64,000 nt of DNA from a virus (taxonomy: Duplodnaviria > Caudoviricetes), in IMG/VR virus record IMGVR_UViG_3300033146_005369, positions 1-64,000 of that record. One strand, written 5' to 3'. The position numbers and the translations under genes are program-made. Below the pieces are notes generated by a model that did not search any database, was not told where the DNA came from, and was given only the letters and a program-made list of their open reading frames with translations. Numbering within the stretch: the stretch's first letter is position 1; every line of letters starts with the position of its first letter. Shown here piece by piece: positions 55,854 through 64,000 of the stretch.

Positions 55854-56890
55854 TTTTTCTCCTCATCAGCAACTTTGTTATACTCAACCGCGCCAAATCC
55901 TTTCAACGCATTCAAGACATTCTCTGCTGCTTCACCTTCACCATATGGACATTCATAAACCATTTTTTTCTGCTTCATGACATCTTGAAAGCTGACTTTA
56001 AGCTCGCTTGGCTCTCTTGCTAATACTGCATTCATTCCAAGTGTACAATGTCTTTCTGTTGCTTTCCTACAAATAATACATGGAATCCTGAAAAAATTAG
56101 TTTCCTCTTGAATCCCGCCGCTATCTGTTATAACAATTTTACTATTTAACATTTTTTCTAAAAACAATTCGTGCTCCATTGGTTCAACTGACCTTAAAAC
56201 ACTGTCTTTTAACATTTCTTGAATGTCCGGTGAATAATTTGGATGCTTCACAAGTGTAAAATCAAGTTCCGAATAAATTTGAGATAAATTTTCAACAACG
56301 CTGATCCAATCAGCAAGTTCTTCAGCATTCTCTCTACGATGAAGAGTTATAAGAACTTCATTACCATTCTTTTTATTCATTCCAACTAAATTGTCTAATG
56401 CTGTACTACCAACAAAAGCAATTTTTTCATCCTTATTTAACCCAAAAATGTACTGTAATTCGTGATGTGATGGTGTTAGATGAATATCCGCAACTGCCGT
56501 TATAACTTGCCTGTTATATTCTTCTGGCCATGGGTTTTTTCTGTCCCATGTTCTCATCCCTGCTTCCAAATGAATAACTTTAACGTTGTGGTGAACTGCT
56601 TTTAAAGCAATTGCTGATGCTGTGCTGGTATCACCTTGCACCATAACATACTCAACCCCGCTAAAAATCGGCTGTTGATCATCAAAAATCGAAGCGTAAA
56701 TTTCATCCAAACGATTATCCAACTCGCTTCTCAACTCTATTTGAAAATCGTAAAATGAATCTTTCGGTAAAAGTGTGGTGTGCTGTTTAACGCAAAGAAC
56801 CTTGTGTGCAACATTATTTTCTTTAAAGTTCTTTATTACACTCTTAACTTTCAGCCATTCAGGACGAGTTCCGTAAGTTATTAATATCAT
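55850..56890 (-). CDS. wecB: UDP-N-acetylglucosamine 2-epimerase
   Basis: GTRPE, VQGDT, HLEAGMRT, PWPEEYNR, TLHRREN, TDSGGIQEE. Confidence 0.95.
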   Translation of the reverse strand: MILITYGTRPEWLKVKSVIKNFKENNVAHKVLCVKQHTTLLPKDSFYDFQIELRSELDNRLDEIYASIFDDQQPIFSGVEYVMVQGDTSTASAIALKAVHHNVKVIHLEAGMRTWDRKNPWPEEYNRQVITAVADIHLTPSHHELQYIFGLNKDEKIAFVGSTALDNLVGMNKKNGNEVLITLHRRENAEELADWISVVENLSQIYSELDFTLVKHPNYSPDIQEMLKDSVLRSVEPMEHELFLEKMLNSKIVITDSGGIQEETNFFRIPCIICRKATERHCTLGMNAVLAREPSELKVSFQDVMKQKKMVYECPYGEGEAAENVLNALKGFGAVEYNKVADEEKK

Positions 56891-57495
56891 TTATTTCCTT
56901 GTTTAAAGAGATCGTATTGTGTCAAATCGTAATATCCATCTTCTTCAATTTGATCTGGATTGTGTTCTGCAAGATGTTGTAAAATAACCAAACCTCTTGC
57001 AGCTCTTTCCGGGTCCATATAAAAGTTGTATCCAAGAAGCTTGATGTTATCTTGTTTGTATAACACACCAGGAGTTCTTCCTTCATAGCGCATTTTGCGT
57101 AACCATTCGTATCTTTCTTTAGAATGAGTCAAAATTGCTCCACCTTTGCCAATGTTCAAAATTTTCTTTTGATGAAAGGAGAGGCACATTAAACTTTCTG
57201 GGATATACATTCCACTTGTAAATCTTTTAGCAGCGTCATAAATCGGATATGGAGAGAGTTGGTAAATTCCTTGCCACTCTTTATCCACGAATTTGACTTT
57301 GCCGCCAGCATGAAGAATGCTCTGTGGAACTGATAAGTAAGTCTTTTTGGGAATTGTGACTTCGCCAACTTCCATCAGAAGACACGCAAGCAATATTGCA
57401 TTGGTGCAAGAATTTGTTGTGACAACGTATGGAGCACCAGTGTATTCGCTTAAATTCTCTTCAAACATATCCACAATTTTAAAAGGATTGTGCAT
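56887..57495 (-). CDS. Short DegT/DnrJ/EryC1/StrS PLP sugar aminotransferase
   Basis: TNSCTNAI, IYDAA, SFHQKKILNIGKGGAI (catalytic Lys region), GYNFYM; only 202 aa. Confidence 0.85.
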   Translation of the reverse strand: MHNPFKIVDMFEENLSEYTGAPYVVTTNSCTNAILLACLLMEVGEVTIPKKTYLSVPQSILHAGGKVKFVDKEWQGIYQLSPYPIYDAAKRFTSGMYIPESLMCLSFHQKKILNIGKGGAILTHSKERYEWLRKMRYEGRTPGVLYKQDNIKLLGYNFYMDPERAARGLVILQHLAEHNPDQIEEDGYYDLTQYDLFKQGNK

Positions 57496-57929
57496 TATTC
57501 ACCATATTTCATAAAATAACACGGGATTTTTTCTTCACCATTCAACAAATTCTCTTGTGAAACCACTTTGAAACCACATTTTTTGAAAAGTTTGAAACTC
57601 CCCACATTTTCTGTTTTGATTATAACATTTAATTCGTCAAGAATCAACGCATTTTTTTTCACTAAATCATTAAGCATAAATGCGCCAATTCCTTTTCCTT
57701 GGTGTTCTCCTGAAACTGCAAGACGAATATCGTTTTTAACAATCCCAATCCAACCAACGGGGGTTCCATTGTCAAGACAAATCGAATATTCTTCCTGATA
57801 TTTGCTCATGAATTCCAGATGTTCTTCAGGAGTTATCTCATGCTGCTTGATGAAACCCTTTTTTTCTTCATTCCTCAATTCTAGAACAAAATCGTTGTAA
57901 AAACCGCCACAATTTTTTTGCATTCTCAT
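57495..57929 (-). CDS. GNAT N-acetyltransferase, PseH/WecD-type context
   Basis: AVSGEHQGKGIG (motif A), ENVGSFKLFKKCGF; ITPEEHLEF. Confidence 0.85.
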   Translation of the reverse strand: MRMQKNCGGFYNDFVLELRNEEKKGFIKQHEITPEEHLEFMSKYQEEYSICLDNGTPVGWIGIVKNDIRLAVSGEHQGKGIGAFMLNDLVKKNALILDELNVIIKTENVGSFKLFKKCGFKVVSQENLLNGEEKIPCYFMKYGE

Positions 57930-59962
57930 TTTTTTACCTTGATTTTGATGAACTTCCGTTCCATTAATTTGTTTTTATCTTTTTGATGTAAAATTTCTTT
58001 TGGCATTTTTTTCATAATTGCATTAGACAATTTTTGTTGCATTTTGTCAATCATTTTATAAACGTCTGGTTGATGGTGGTCATCAAAATAAGACTCCTCT
58101 TTTAAAATTGCAGTTGAAGCTTCATTTTCAACTCCAAAAAAACTCCTTAACCATTGTACAGCCTCAAAATTTTCGTTTTGCGCATTTCTATTGAAACTGT
58201 TCGGAAGAGTCAAGAAAACTTCAACTTTATATTCATTCTTATCCATTTTCAGTAAAATCTTATAACCAAATGTAATATTATAAACTGGTTTTGAAGCTTT
58301 TTCAATTACATAATATTTTTCGCCATCCTTTATAGCAAATTCGCCATCGCTATTATCAATAAAATTTTGAATATAAGCCGGATATTCTCCATTAATTTCT
58401 TTATAAAAAATGTCAAGTCTTTCAAAAAGATAGTCCAAATCTCCAACTCTTGATTCAATTTCATCAACGAATTCTAAAATAAATTCATATGCTTCATAAA
58501 ATGGCTTAGTTTCTTCAAGTTTAAATCCAGAATAATTTAAGCTTGAAATTCTTCTATCAATCCTTGTTTTGAGTTTTGTTAATTTCGTATCATTTAGCTC
58601 ACCATTTTCGATACGTTCCATAATCGACAAAATATCATCATCAATTTCAAGAATCTTGCCTTCTAACTCAATTTCCGTTTCGGTTTCAAAAAGCATTGCA
58701 TCGTTTTCTTCTTCATTATCGGAACTCAAATTAGCGTTGTGCTCAGTCTCAATTGAATAATAATATTCAAAAAACTCTTTGTACAACGTTTGAGAGTGGC
58801 TCAATTGATCATCTGCAAAAAATTCACTTTCTTTAATATCTTGAAGCACTCTTCGCTCATTGGCAGACAGAAAAGAAGTTTCATAGTCATCCTCATGAAA
58901 TAAAGGATTATAACCATCATAGTATGAATACTTCTTACCAATCAATTCTTTATCAGTAAGCGTATTTAAAAGTTCTTCTTGTTTTTCATCCAAATATGAG
59001 CCACCAATAATATAAGTTTCATCAATGTTCTCAACAAACCATTCAATCAATTCTGCATCTTGGTTTTTTCGTAAAAAATCTGACGCATATTGCAGAGTCG
59101 CTGCTGAATATTCTAAATTACCATAAAAGTGTGTTGCAGGAGCGTAAACACTCCTTTCAAAATCTTCATCTGAGATTCTTCTAATACGAAGTCGCCCAAT
59201 TGTCTCAATCCCTTCAACGCCTCGACCTGTGTCACGCAAAATTTCATCATTATTAAACTCAAATGAAAAAAAGTTGGAATAATTATCTTTCAATTTATTG
59301 TATTCTTTTTCGCTAATTGCATAAACAATGAATCCATTACTCCCAATTGCCTCAGAAATCGCACATTGGAAATAGCTAGAACCCTCACTATGACAGCTAT
59401 CTGTCCATTCTGTATCAGACATCCTTACAATATCAACAGGATGTCTTGAAAAAAGAAGATAAGTCGTTGGAATTTCAGTCCTCTGATGCAATTTCCATTT
59501 ACGGTACAACTCGGTTGTCGTGAATCTCTCGAATTCTTTTGCATCCTCTGGAGAAAGAAATTTTCTTGCGAATTTGATTAAACCCATTTTTTTCTTTTTG
59601 GGTTTTGCACGACCTCCACTTTTTTTGATCATTTCTTCGGATGGCATTTCAGTCCAAGCAACAATTTTTGTGCGAAATGCTGGAAAGTTTGTATCTTTTG
59701 TTATAATCGCGCCATTTTGTTTCGCAAGATCGATAAGAACTTGTTTTAATTTGTCAACAGGTTCAGCAAAATGTTCAGGAACTACTTCACCATCAATTTT
59801 CACGACTTGTCTTTTGTATGGCAATAACTTTTTCAATGCTTTTTGGCCATTCACAAAAGATTTTGATTCAGTATCAAATTCATAATCATGAATAAAATCA
59901 ATAGCACGTTTACTTATTTCATTTAAAATTCTTTTTTTGGCAACTTTTATTCGCAAAACCAT
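57926..59962 (-). CDS. Large hypothetical protein, possible internal/ejected enzyme
   Basis: 678 aa; SRHPVDIVRMSD..WTDSCH motif; basic KIKV-type tags at both termini. Confidence 0.72.
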   Translation of the reverse strand: MVLRIKVAKKRILNEISKRAIDFIHDYEFDTESKSFVNGQKALKKLLPYKRQVVKIDGEVVPEHFAEPVDKLKQVLIDLAKQNGAIITKDTNFPAFRTKIVAWTEMPSEEMIKKSGGRAKPKKKKMGLIKFARKFLSPEDAKEFERFTTTELYRKWKLHQRTEIPTTYLLFSRHPVDIVRMSDTEWTDSCHSEGSSYFQCAISEAIGSNGFIVYAISEKEYNKLKDNYSNFFSFEFNNDEILRDTGRGVEGIETIGRLRIRRISDEDFERSVYAPATHFYGNLEYSAATLQYASDFLRKNQDAELIEWFVENIDETYIIGGSYLDEKQEELLNTLTDKELIGKKYSYYDGYNPLFHEDDYETSFLSANERRVLQDIKESEFFADDQLSHSQTLYKEFFEYYYSIETEHNANLSSDNEEENDAMLFETETEIELEGKILEIDDDILSIMERIENGELNDTKLTKLKTRIDRRISSLNYSGFKLEETKPFYEAYEFILEFVDEIESRVGDLDYLFERLDIFYKEINGEYPAYIQNFIDNSDGEFAIKDGEKYYVIEKASKPVYNITFGYKILLKMDKNEYKVEVFLTLPNSFNRNAQNENFEAVQWLRSFFGVENEASTAILKEESYFDDHHQPDVYKMIDKMQQKLSNAIMKKMPKEILHQKDKNKLMERKFIKIKVKK

Positions 59963-59968
59963 CCTTCT

Positions 59969-60676
59969 TCATCTCCATATTTCACCATATTCCACAAGTT
60001 TTTCAATTTCTCTGATCCTTGAAGGTCCTCTTGAATGTTTTGAATATGATATAACCAAGTCATTGTAACTTTTGCAGTTATATACCCATTTTTTTGAAGA
60101 ATTGCGAGCACGTTCATATAATAAAATAGACCGACCATCTTTCATCGAATGTTTATCAAGATGTTTCGCCAAATCTTTTTCAAATAAGCGCAACTGAAAC
60201 TTCCACCATTCATGTTCTGTAGAAAGAAGCAAAACTTTTTTTCTTAACGTCTCACTTTCACATCCGTTATTGACTCTTGAAAATTCTTCGATTCCAAAAT
60301 GCTTCAACATTTTGGCTAATTTCCGGCCAGCATATCTTCTAAACCCCATTGTGTAGCCATCTTGCGTTGATAAAAACCCAAAACCCGTGTCCCATTCGCT
60401 AGATAAAATATACATAATCTTTAACACTTTTTCTTTATCAAGGATATTCGTTTGCAAATTCTTTGTTGCAAATGAAATATCATTTTCTTGTTGTGTTTTG
60501 AATTTATGGTCCAATAAGAATGTATAATCTCTTTTGCCTTTTCTTTTCCAACACGCTTCCCGAGTTTTAGGACCAATAATCCCATCAACTTTTAATCTAT
60601 TATTGCTTTGAAAAATTTTAACATCTTCTTTTGTCAAACTTTTTTTATCAAATCCGTGGATCAAAAATTCTTTCAT
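59969..60676 (-). CDS. Peptidoglycan-binding-domain protein, endolysin candidate
   Basis: VKIFQSNNRLKVDGIIGPKTREA matches PG_binding_1; C-terminal domain not recognised. Confidence 0.68.
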   Translation of the reverse strand: MKEFLIHGFDKKSLTKEDVKIFQSNNRLKVDGIIGPKTREACWKRKGKRDYTFLLDHKFKTQQENDISFATKNLQTNILDKEKVLKIMYILSSEWDTGFGFLSTQDGYTMGFRRYAGRKLAKMLKHFGIEEFSRVNNGCESETLRKKVLLLSTEHEWWKFQLRLFEKDLAKHLDKHSMKDGRSILLYERARNSSKKWVYNCKSYNDLVISYSKHSRGPSRIREIEKLVEYGEIWR

Positions 60677-60677
60677 A

Positions 60678-61481
60678 TCACTCCCAAATACAATATTTAT
60701 AATTTCTCAAATCTGTGTAGCCATAATGCCAAAATTTCTTAAGGTAATCACGTGCAATTCCCATCCCCAAATGCTTATTCAATGTTGATCCAATATCAAG
60801 AAATGTGTTCCTTGGATTTTTAGAAAAACTCTTGTGCGCAATCAAATTGGAAATAGATGTTGCAGCCAAAAGAAAAACGTGATCTTCTATTTTATCTTCC
60901 TCAATCCATGCCTGAATCTTGTCTGGAAGGTTGAAATCATTAACAATCGCATTGGTCCCGATTCTAAAATCTCTGATAATATCCAAATCCAAATGACGAA
61001 TGTTCGCGTTTTCATTGCAAACAATGACGCATTTTTTGTGCTTCAAAAGTGGATAAAAGTTTTTAATAAAAAGTGGGTAATTAGCATTCACAAAAAGATT
61101 TGCCCATGTTGTAAACTCTTCATCGCCGTCTCTCAAATCTTTCATCCACTGCGAATCTTCCTTCGAGACGCAGCATGGGCAAGACAAACCAACGAAATAA
61201 TTGTGCTGCTTGTGCTTAAACGCTTCCAAAACAGCTTCGCCAACATATCCATGTTTTTCTGGGTCGTAATCTTTTTGATCTTCCTTGTTATACCCAAAAT
61301 TGTGATGAATATCTCCAACGATCACATGGTTTTGTGCTAGAATCAAACGCTTCTGTTGCATTAAAAACAGTTCACCATCTGAAAACCTTGTGAAAGAAAA
61401 ATGCTCATTCCTCTTGAGCAAGTGATAAATCTTTAGCAAATCTGTTTTAAAGTCTTTCATCGCGCCTTCACCAATTCCCAT
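60678..61481 (-). CDS. GT-D fold (DUF1792)-like glycosyltransferase
   Basis: SFTRFSDGE motif (xRFxDGE), FLLAATS...FLDIGS. Confidence 0.7.
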   Translation of the reverse strand: MGIGEGAMKDFKTDLLKIYHLLKRNEHFSFTRFSDGELFLMQQKRLILAQNHVIVGDIHHNFGYNKEDQKDYDPEKHGYVGEAVLEAFKHKQHNYFVGLSCPCCVSKEDSQWMKDLRDGDEEFTTWANLFVNANYPLFIKNFYPLLKHKKCVIVCNENANIRHLDLDIIRDFRIGTNAIVNDFNLPDKIQAWIEEDKIEDHVFLLAATSISNLIAHKSFSKNPRNTFLDIGSTLNKHLGMGIARDYLKKFWHYGYTDLRNYKYCIWE

Positions 61482-63070
61482 CCATTGCTCGTTAAATGCT
61501 TAACAATTTCGTTCCTAACCTTGTAAAATCTTTCATGATTTTTTGGATTACTAGATGCCACATCATCAATCCCATATTCATTTCCTTTGATCGATGACCA
61601 CATTTCTCTTTGATTTCTAGGATGAGCTGGAGTGAATGTCTTAATCCCCAAGTGCTTCTGAGCCATTGCAGAAAGTTGGATATCTTCTCCTGTTTCGTAA
61701 GTCAACGGTTCTTCAATGAAGATTGCTCTTAGAATATCTTTCTCTAAAAACCATGCGTGCCCAATCAAATCACACTCTTGAATTTCGTTTGAAGGTGCCG
61801 CCCAACCTGTTCTGACATGCGGCGAATAAGAAGTTTTATAATTCAACTTAACACCAGCTCCTCCAAGAATTGCTTTACCAACTGTATTCAAAGTCGAGAC
61901 ACAATTTTTGAACCAATCTTTACCAGGAATTGTGTCATCATCAAAAAATGCTATGAATTTCGTTTCTGCAAGCATTGCAGCAGCATATCTTCCGTAATAT
62001 TTCCAGTTGAAATTGTTTCTGAAAACTTTTAAACCAAATTGTTCAAAATCAAAATCATGATTATCCTCATGATCATTCACCCATATCCAAATGTCCGCTG
62101 AAGAGAGCAAACTTTGATTTCTAATTGCTGCAATCTGTTCTTTGAGCAAATGAGGTCTTCGATAAGCTGTCAGAATGACCGTCAAATCGCTTGCAGAAAT
62201 CTTTGCTTGCTTAGCCTCAACAATCTTCTCGAAGAAGCTCAGCGCTTGCCTGATGCGTTTTTTGATGTCGTTTATCAACTCTATCCCGCGCATCTTTGCA
62301 TTGGATTCGCTCAGAGCACCAATTTTTGTATTGTTGGTGATGACTCCTGCACCAATCATCTTAGCTTCCATCACAACCTTTGAATAAGTTTCAAAAACTT
62401 GTGGCAAAAAGCAGAGATGTTTGTTTGAAGCGAGTTTCATAATGAACTCAGACCATTTCTCATCCTTTACAAGTTGATATTCAATTCCAACTCTTTTGCA
62501 GTACTCAACAGCCTGGTCACGTCCTTTGATGATGTTGTTTGAGTCAAGGATTGAGACAACATGGTCATTCATTCTGGAACGGTAACGTTTTGTCATCACT
62601 TCTAAAAAATTCAGTTGCTCATCATCCCAAAACGCTGTCCCAATATTATGAATGTTCTGAATTCCCAAATTCAGATTGATAATTCTCTTATGTTCTTTTG
62701 AAAAGACAACCACCACTTTAGCTCGTTGATACAAAAATTTGTTGATGATATCGCTTTCAGGCGCTTTAAAATTGACATAATTTGATGGATCACGAGTCAC
62801 CAAATACTTATGATCATGTTCAAAAATGATATAGTTACACCTAACACTAAATTCTTCAAGAAGGTGCCTTGGGAATCTGACAAAATTCCCAAGGATAACA
62901 AAATTGCTTGAAATCTCTTCAATTTTGTTGCGAGTCATTTTATGTGAATTTATTTTTTCGACTTCCCACCCTCTCGAACGGTAATGTCTAATCAGGAAAT
63001 CGTCATCACTTTCAGCACCACCTTTCACTTGTGAATAAAAAAAATCCGCAACAAAACTGATTTTCTTCAT
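61457..63070 (-). CDS. Bifunctional glycosyltransferase (GT-B-like N-half + GT2 C-half)
   Basis: N-half ADFF...GGAE...PQVFETYSKVVMEAK; C-half LTVILTAYRRP...FIAFFDDDTIPG. Confidence 0.82.
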   Translation of the reverse strand: MKKISFVADFFYSQVKGGAESDDDFLIRHYRSRGWEVEKINSHKMTRNKIEEISSNFVILGNFVRFPRHLLEEFSVRCNYIIFEHDHKYLVTRDPSNYVNFKAPESDIINKFLYQRAKVVVVFSKEHKRIINLNLGIQNIHNIGTAFWDDEQLNFLEVMTKRYRSRMNDHVVSILDSNNIIKGRDQAVEYCKRVGIEYQLVKDEKWSEFIMKLASNKHLCFLPQVFETYSKVVMEAKMIGAGVITNNTKIGALSESNAKMRGIELINDIKKRIRQALSFFEKIVEAKQAKISASDLTVILTAYRRPHLLKEQIAAIRNQSLLSSADIWIWVNDHEDNHDFDFEQFGLKVFRNNFNWKYYGRYAAAMLAETKFIAFFDDDTIPGKDWFKNCVSTLNTVGKAILGGAGVKLNYKTSYSPHVRTGWAAPSNEIQECDLIGHAWFLEKDILRAIFIEEPLTYETGEDIQLSAMAQKHLGIKTFTPAHPRNQREMWSSIKGNEYGIDDVASSNPKNHERFYKVRNEIVKHLTSNGWELVKAR

Positions 63071-63243
63071 CGCTTTCCCTCTCTAAATCCCAAAAAATTG
63101 TCAAAAAGCTGTATCACTTCTTCATAGACTTCTTGCTTCGCCATTTCAAGTTCACTTCTCTCATGATCTAATTCAATGCCATAATGCATTTGATCACGCC
63201 GCCAAATAATTTCTTCAAATAATTTCTGAACTTCTTGTCCCAT
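63067..63243 (-). CDS. Small hypothetical protein
   Basis: 58 aa from MGQEV; ATGA overlap with the next gene. Confidence 0.55.
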   Translation of the reverse strand: MGQEVQKLFEEIIWRRDQMHYGIELDHERSELEMAKQEVYEEVIQLFDNFLGFREGKR

Positions 63244-63259
63244 CGTTTTACACCCACTG

Positions 63260-64000
63260 CTAAAAGGTCTCAATCTTATCCATCTTTTCTTCCCATTCCT
63301 TTTCTTCTTCGGTTTGAGAATAAATTGCATTGGCGAATTTTTCAAACATTTTCTGTTCTTCAAACTCGTGCTCAACCCACTTCTTCAATTCTTTTGAAAC
63401 CTCCAGTTTTTTATCATATTCGGCAATAACTTCAATCATTGCTCTACGATATTCAGTCATCTTTGGGAACGCCCACATTGATTCTGGGATTATAATATCC
63501 TTCCAATGAACCTCTTGTTGAACTTTTTTTAATTCATAATCAACTGGTGTAAACATTGGCTCCTTCTTTGTTAACTTCCTGACTTTGCCATTTTTTTGTT
63601 TACGACGAATTGTTTTAGGTTTACATAAAAAATCTAAATGGCCAGACCAATTTGTTGCAATCACTGGTAATCCATTTACAACAGCGTCCAAAATTGGTAA
63701 TCCAGCTCCTTCACCATGTGCAATATTAACAAATGCTTTGATTTTCGGATGGAGATATAATCCTTGAGTTTCTTCATCGCTCATTTCACCGTGCAATAAA
63801 TAAATTTTACACCTTCTGTCTTGTCGTGCTCCTTCAAGGATATTTGTAACCATTTGTTTAACTGTATAAAAATCTCGTGTTGAATTATTCATTTTGTTTA
63901 TTTTCAACACCATTCCAACGCGCGCATCAAACCAAAATTGTTCAACAAATCCAACAATTGTTTGGACAAGATTTTTTCTTGCTCCAAATTGTGCCATTAC
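63260..64000 (-). CDS. GT4 (GT-B) glycosyltransferase, N-terminus beyond the window
   Basis: RKN...VGMVLK, AFVNIAHGEGAGLPILDAVVNGLPVIATNWSGHLDFL; frame open to the edge. Confidence 0.88.
   Translation of the reverse strand, partial: VMAQFGARKNLVQTIVGFVEQFWFDARVGMVLKINKMNNSTRDFYTVKQMVTNILEGARQDRRCKIYLLHGEMSDEETQGLYLHPKIKAFVNIAHGEGAGLPILDAVVNGLPVIATNWSGHLDFLCKPKTIRRKQKNGKVRKLTKKEPMFTPVDYELKKVQQEVHWKDIIIPESMWAFPKMTEYRRAMIEVIAEYDKKLEVSKELKKWVEHEFEEQKMFEKFANAIYSQTEEEKEWEEKMDKIETF

Larger units (their letters stand above)
1..64000 (-). mobile_element. Segment of a large T4-like-module myovirus genome (Caudoviricetes)
   Basis: gp13/14/15/17/20/21/22/23/25/6/5-like genes, all codirectional; no bacterial housekeeping genes; dense ATGA, TAATG and TAA-ATG gene junctions. 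Confidence 0.96.

Noticed and set aside
63244-63375. N-terminal extension of the 102-aa ORF 63067..63375
   Set aside because: Overlaps the GT4 gene; MGQEV at 63243 is the more plausible start. Similar track-start extensions were trimmed for gp13, primase, the spike and FmdB.
1-64000. Stop-codon reassignment as in some large phages
   Set aside because: Conserved genes are full length in the standard code and TAA, TAG and TGA all end genes at coupled junctions.

Overview
AT-rich 64-kb segment of a large tailed phage with T4-like (myovirus-type) morphogenesis genes. About 65 tightly packed, translationally coupled genes all lie on the minus strand and read in the standard code. In transcription order (right to left): (1) a ~13-kb glycan island with a partial GT4, a GT-B+GT2 fusion, a GT-D-like enzyme, a GNAT, a mini-DegT aminotransferase, a UDP-GlcNAc 2-epimerase, a dTDP-glucose 4,6-dehydratase, a HAD/nucleotidyltransferase deletion hybrid and a GDPD-like gene, interleaved with a PG-binding endolysin candidate, a T5orf172 nuclease and a LamG fibre gene; (2) a sigma-like factor and an FmdB Zn-ribbon; (3) baseplate genes: a split gp5 with a Peptidase M15 lysin, gp25, gp6, DNRLRE and LamG proteins, a protein with long PQ[PT]KV and 20-aa repeats, and four proteins carrying halves of a DUF3751-like motif; (4) RuvC, primase and a single-chain Mre11-Rad50; (5) a holin with two spanin-like membrane genes; (6) TerL, portal, protease, scaffold and major capsid, followed by a strong terminator; (7) neck gp13/gp14/gp15 with an ankyrin gene inserted, then paralogous hypothetical genes. 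Best leads: the glycan pathway together with a Thr/Pro-rich repeat virion protein; recurrent terminal tags resembling prohead-protease/capsid-targeting signals; a hidden 20-aa Arg/Cys microprotein; a LamG domain nested inside another LamG; and an in-frame deletion scar fusing a HAD start to a nucleotidyltransferase end. All family calls come from motif recognition by eye; no searches were run. I saw no tRNA, CRISPR, intein or DGR.
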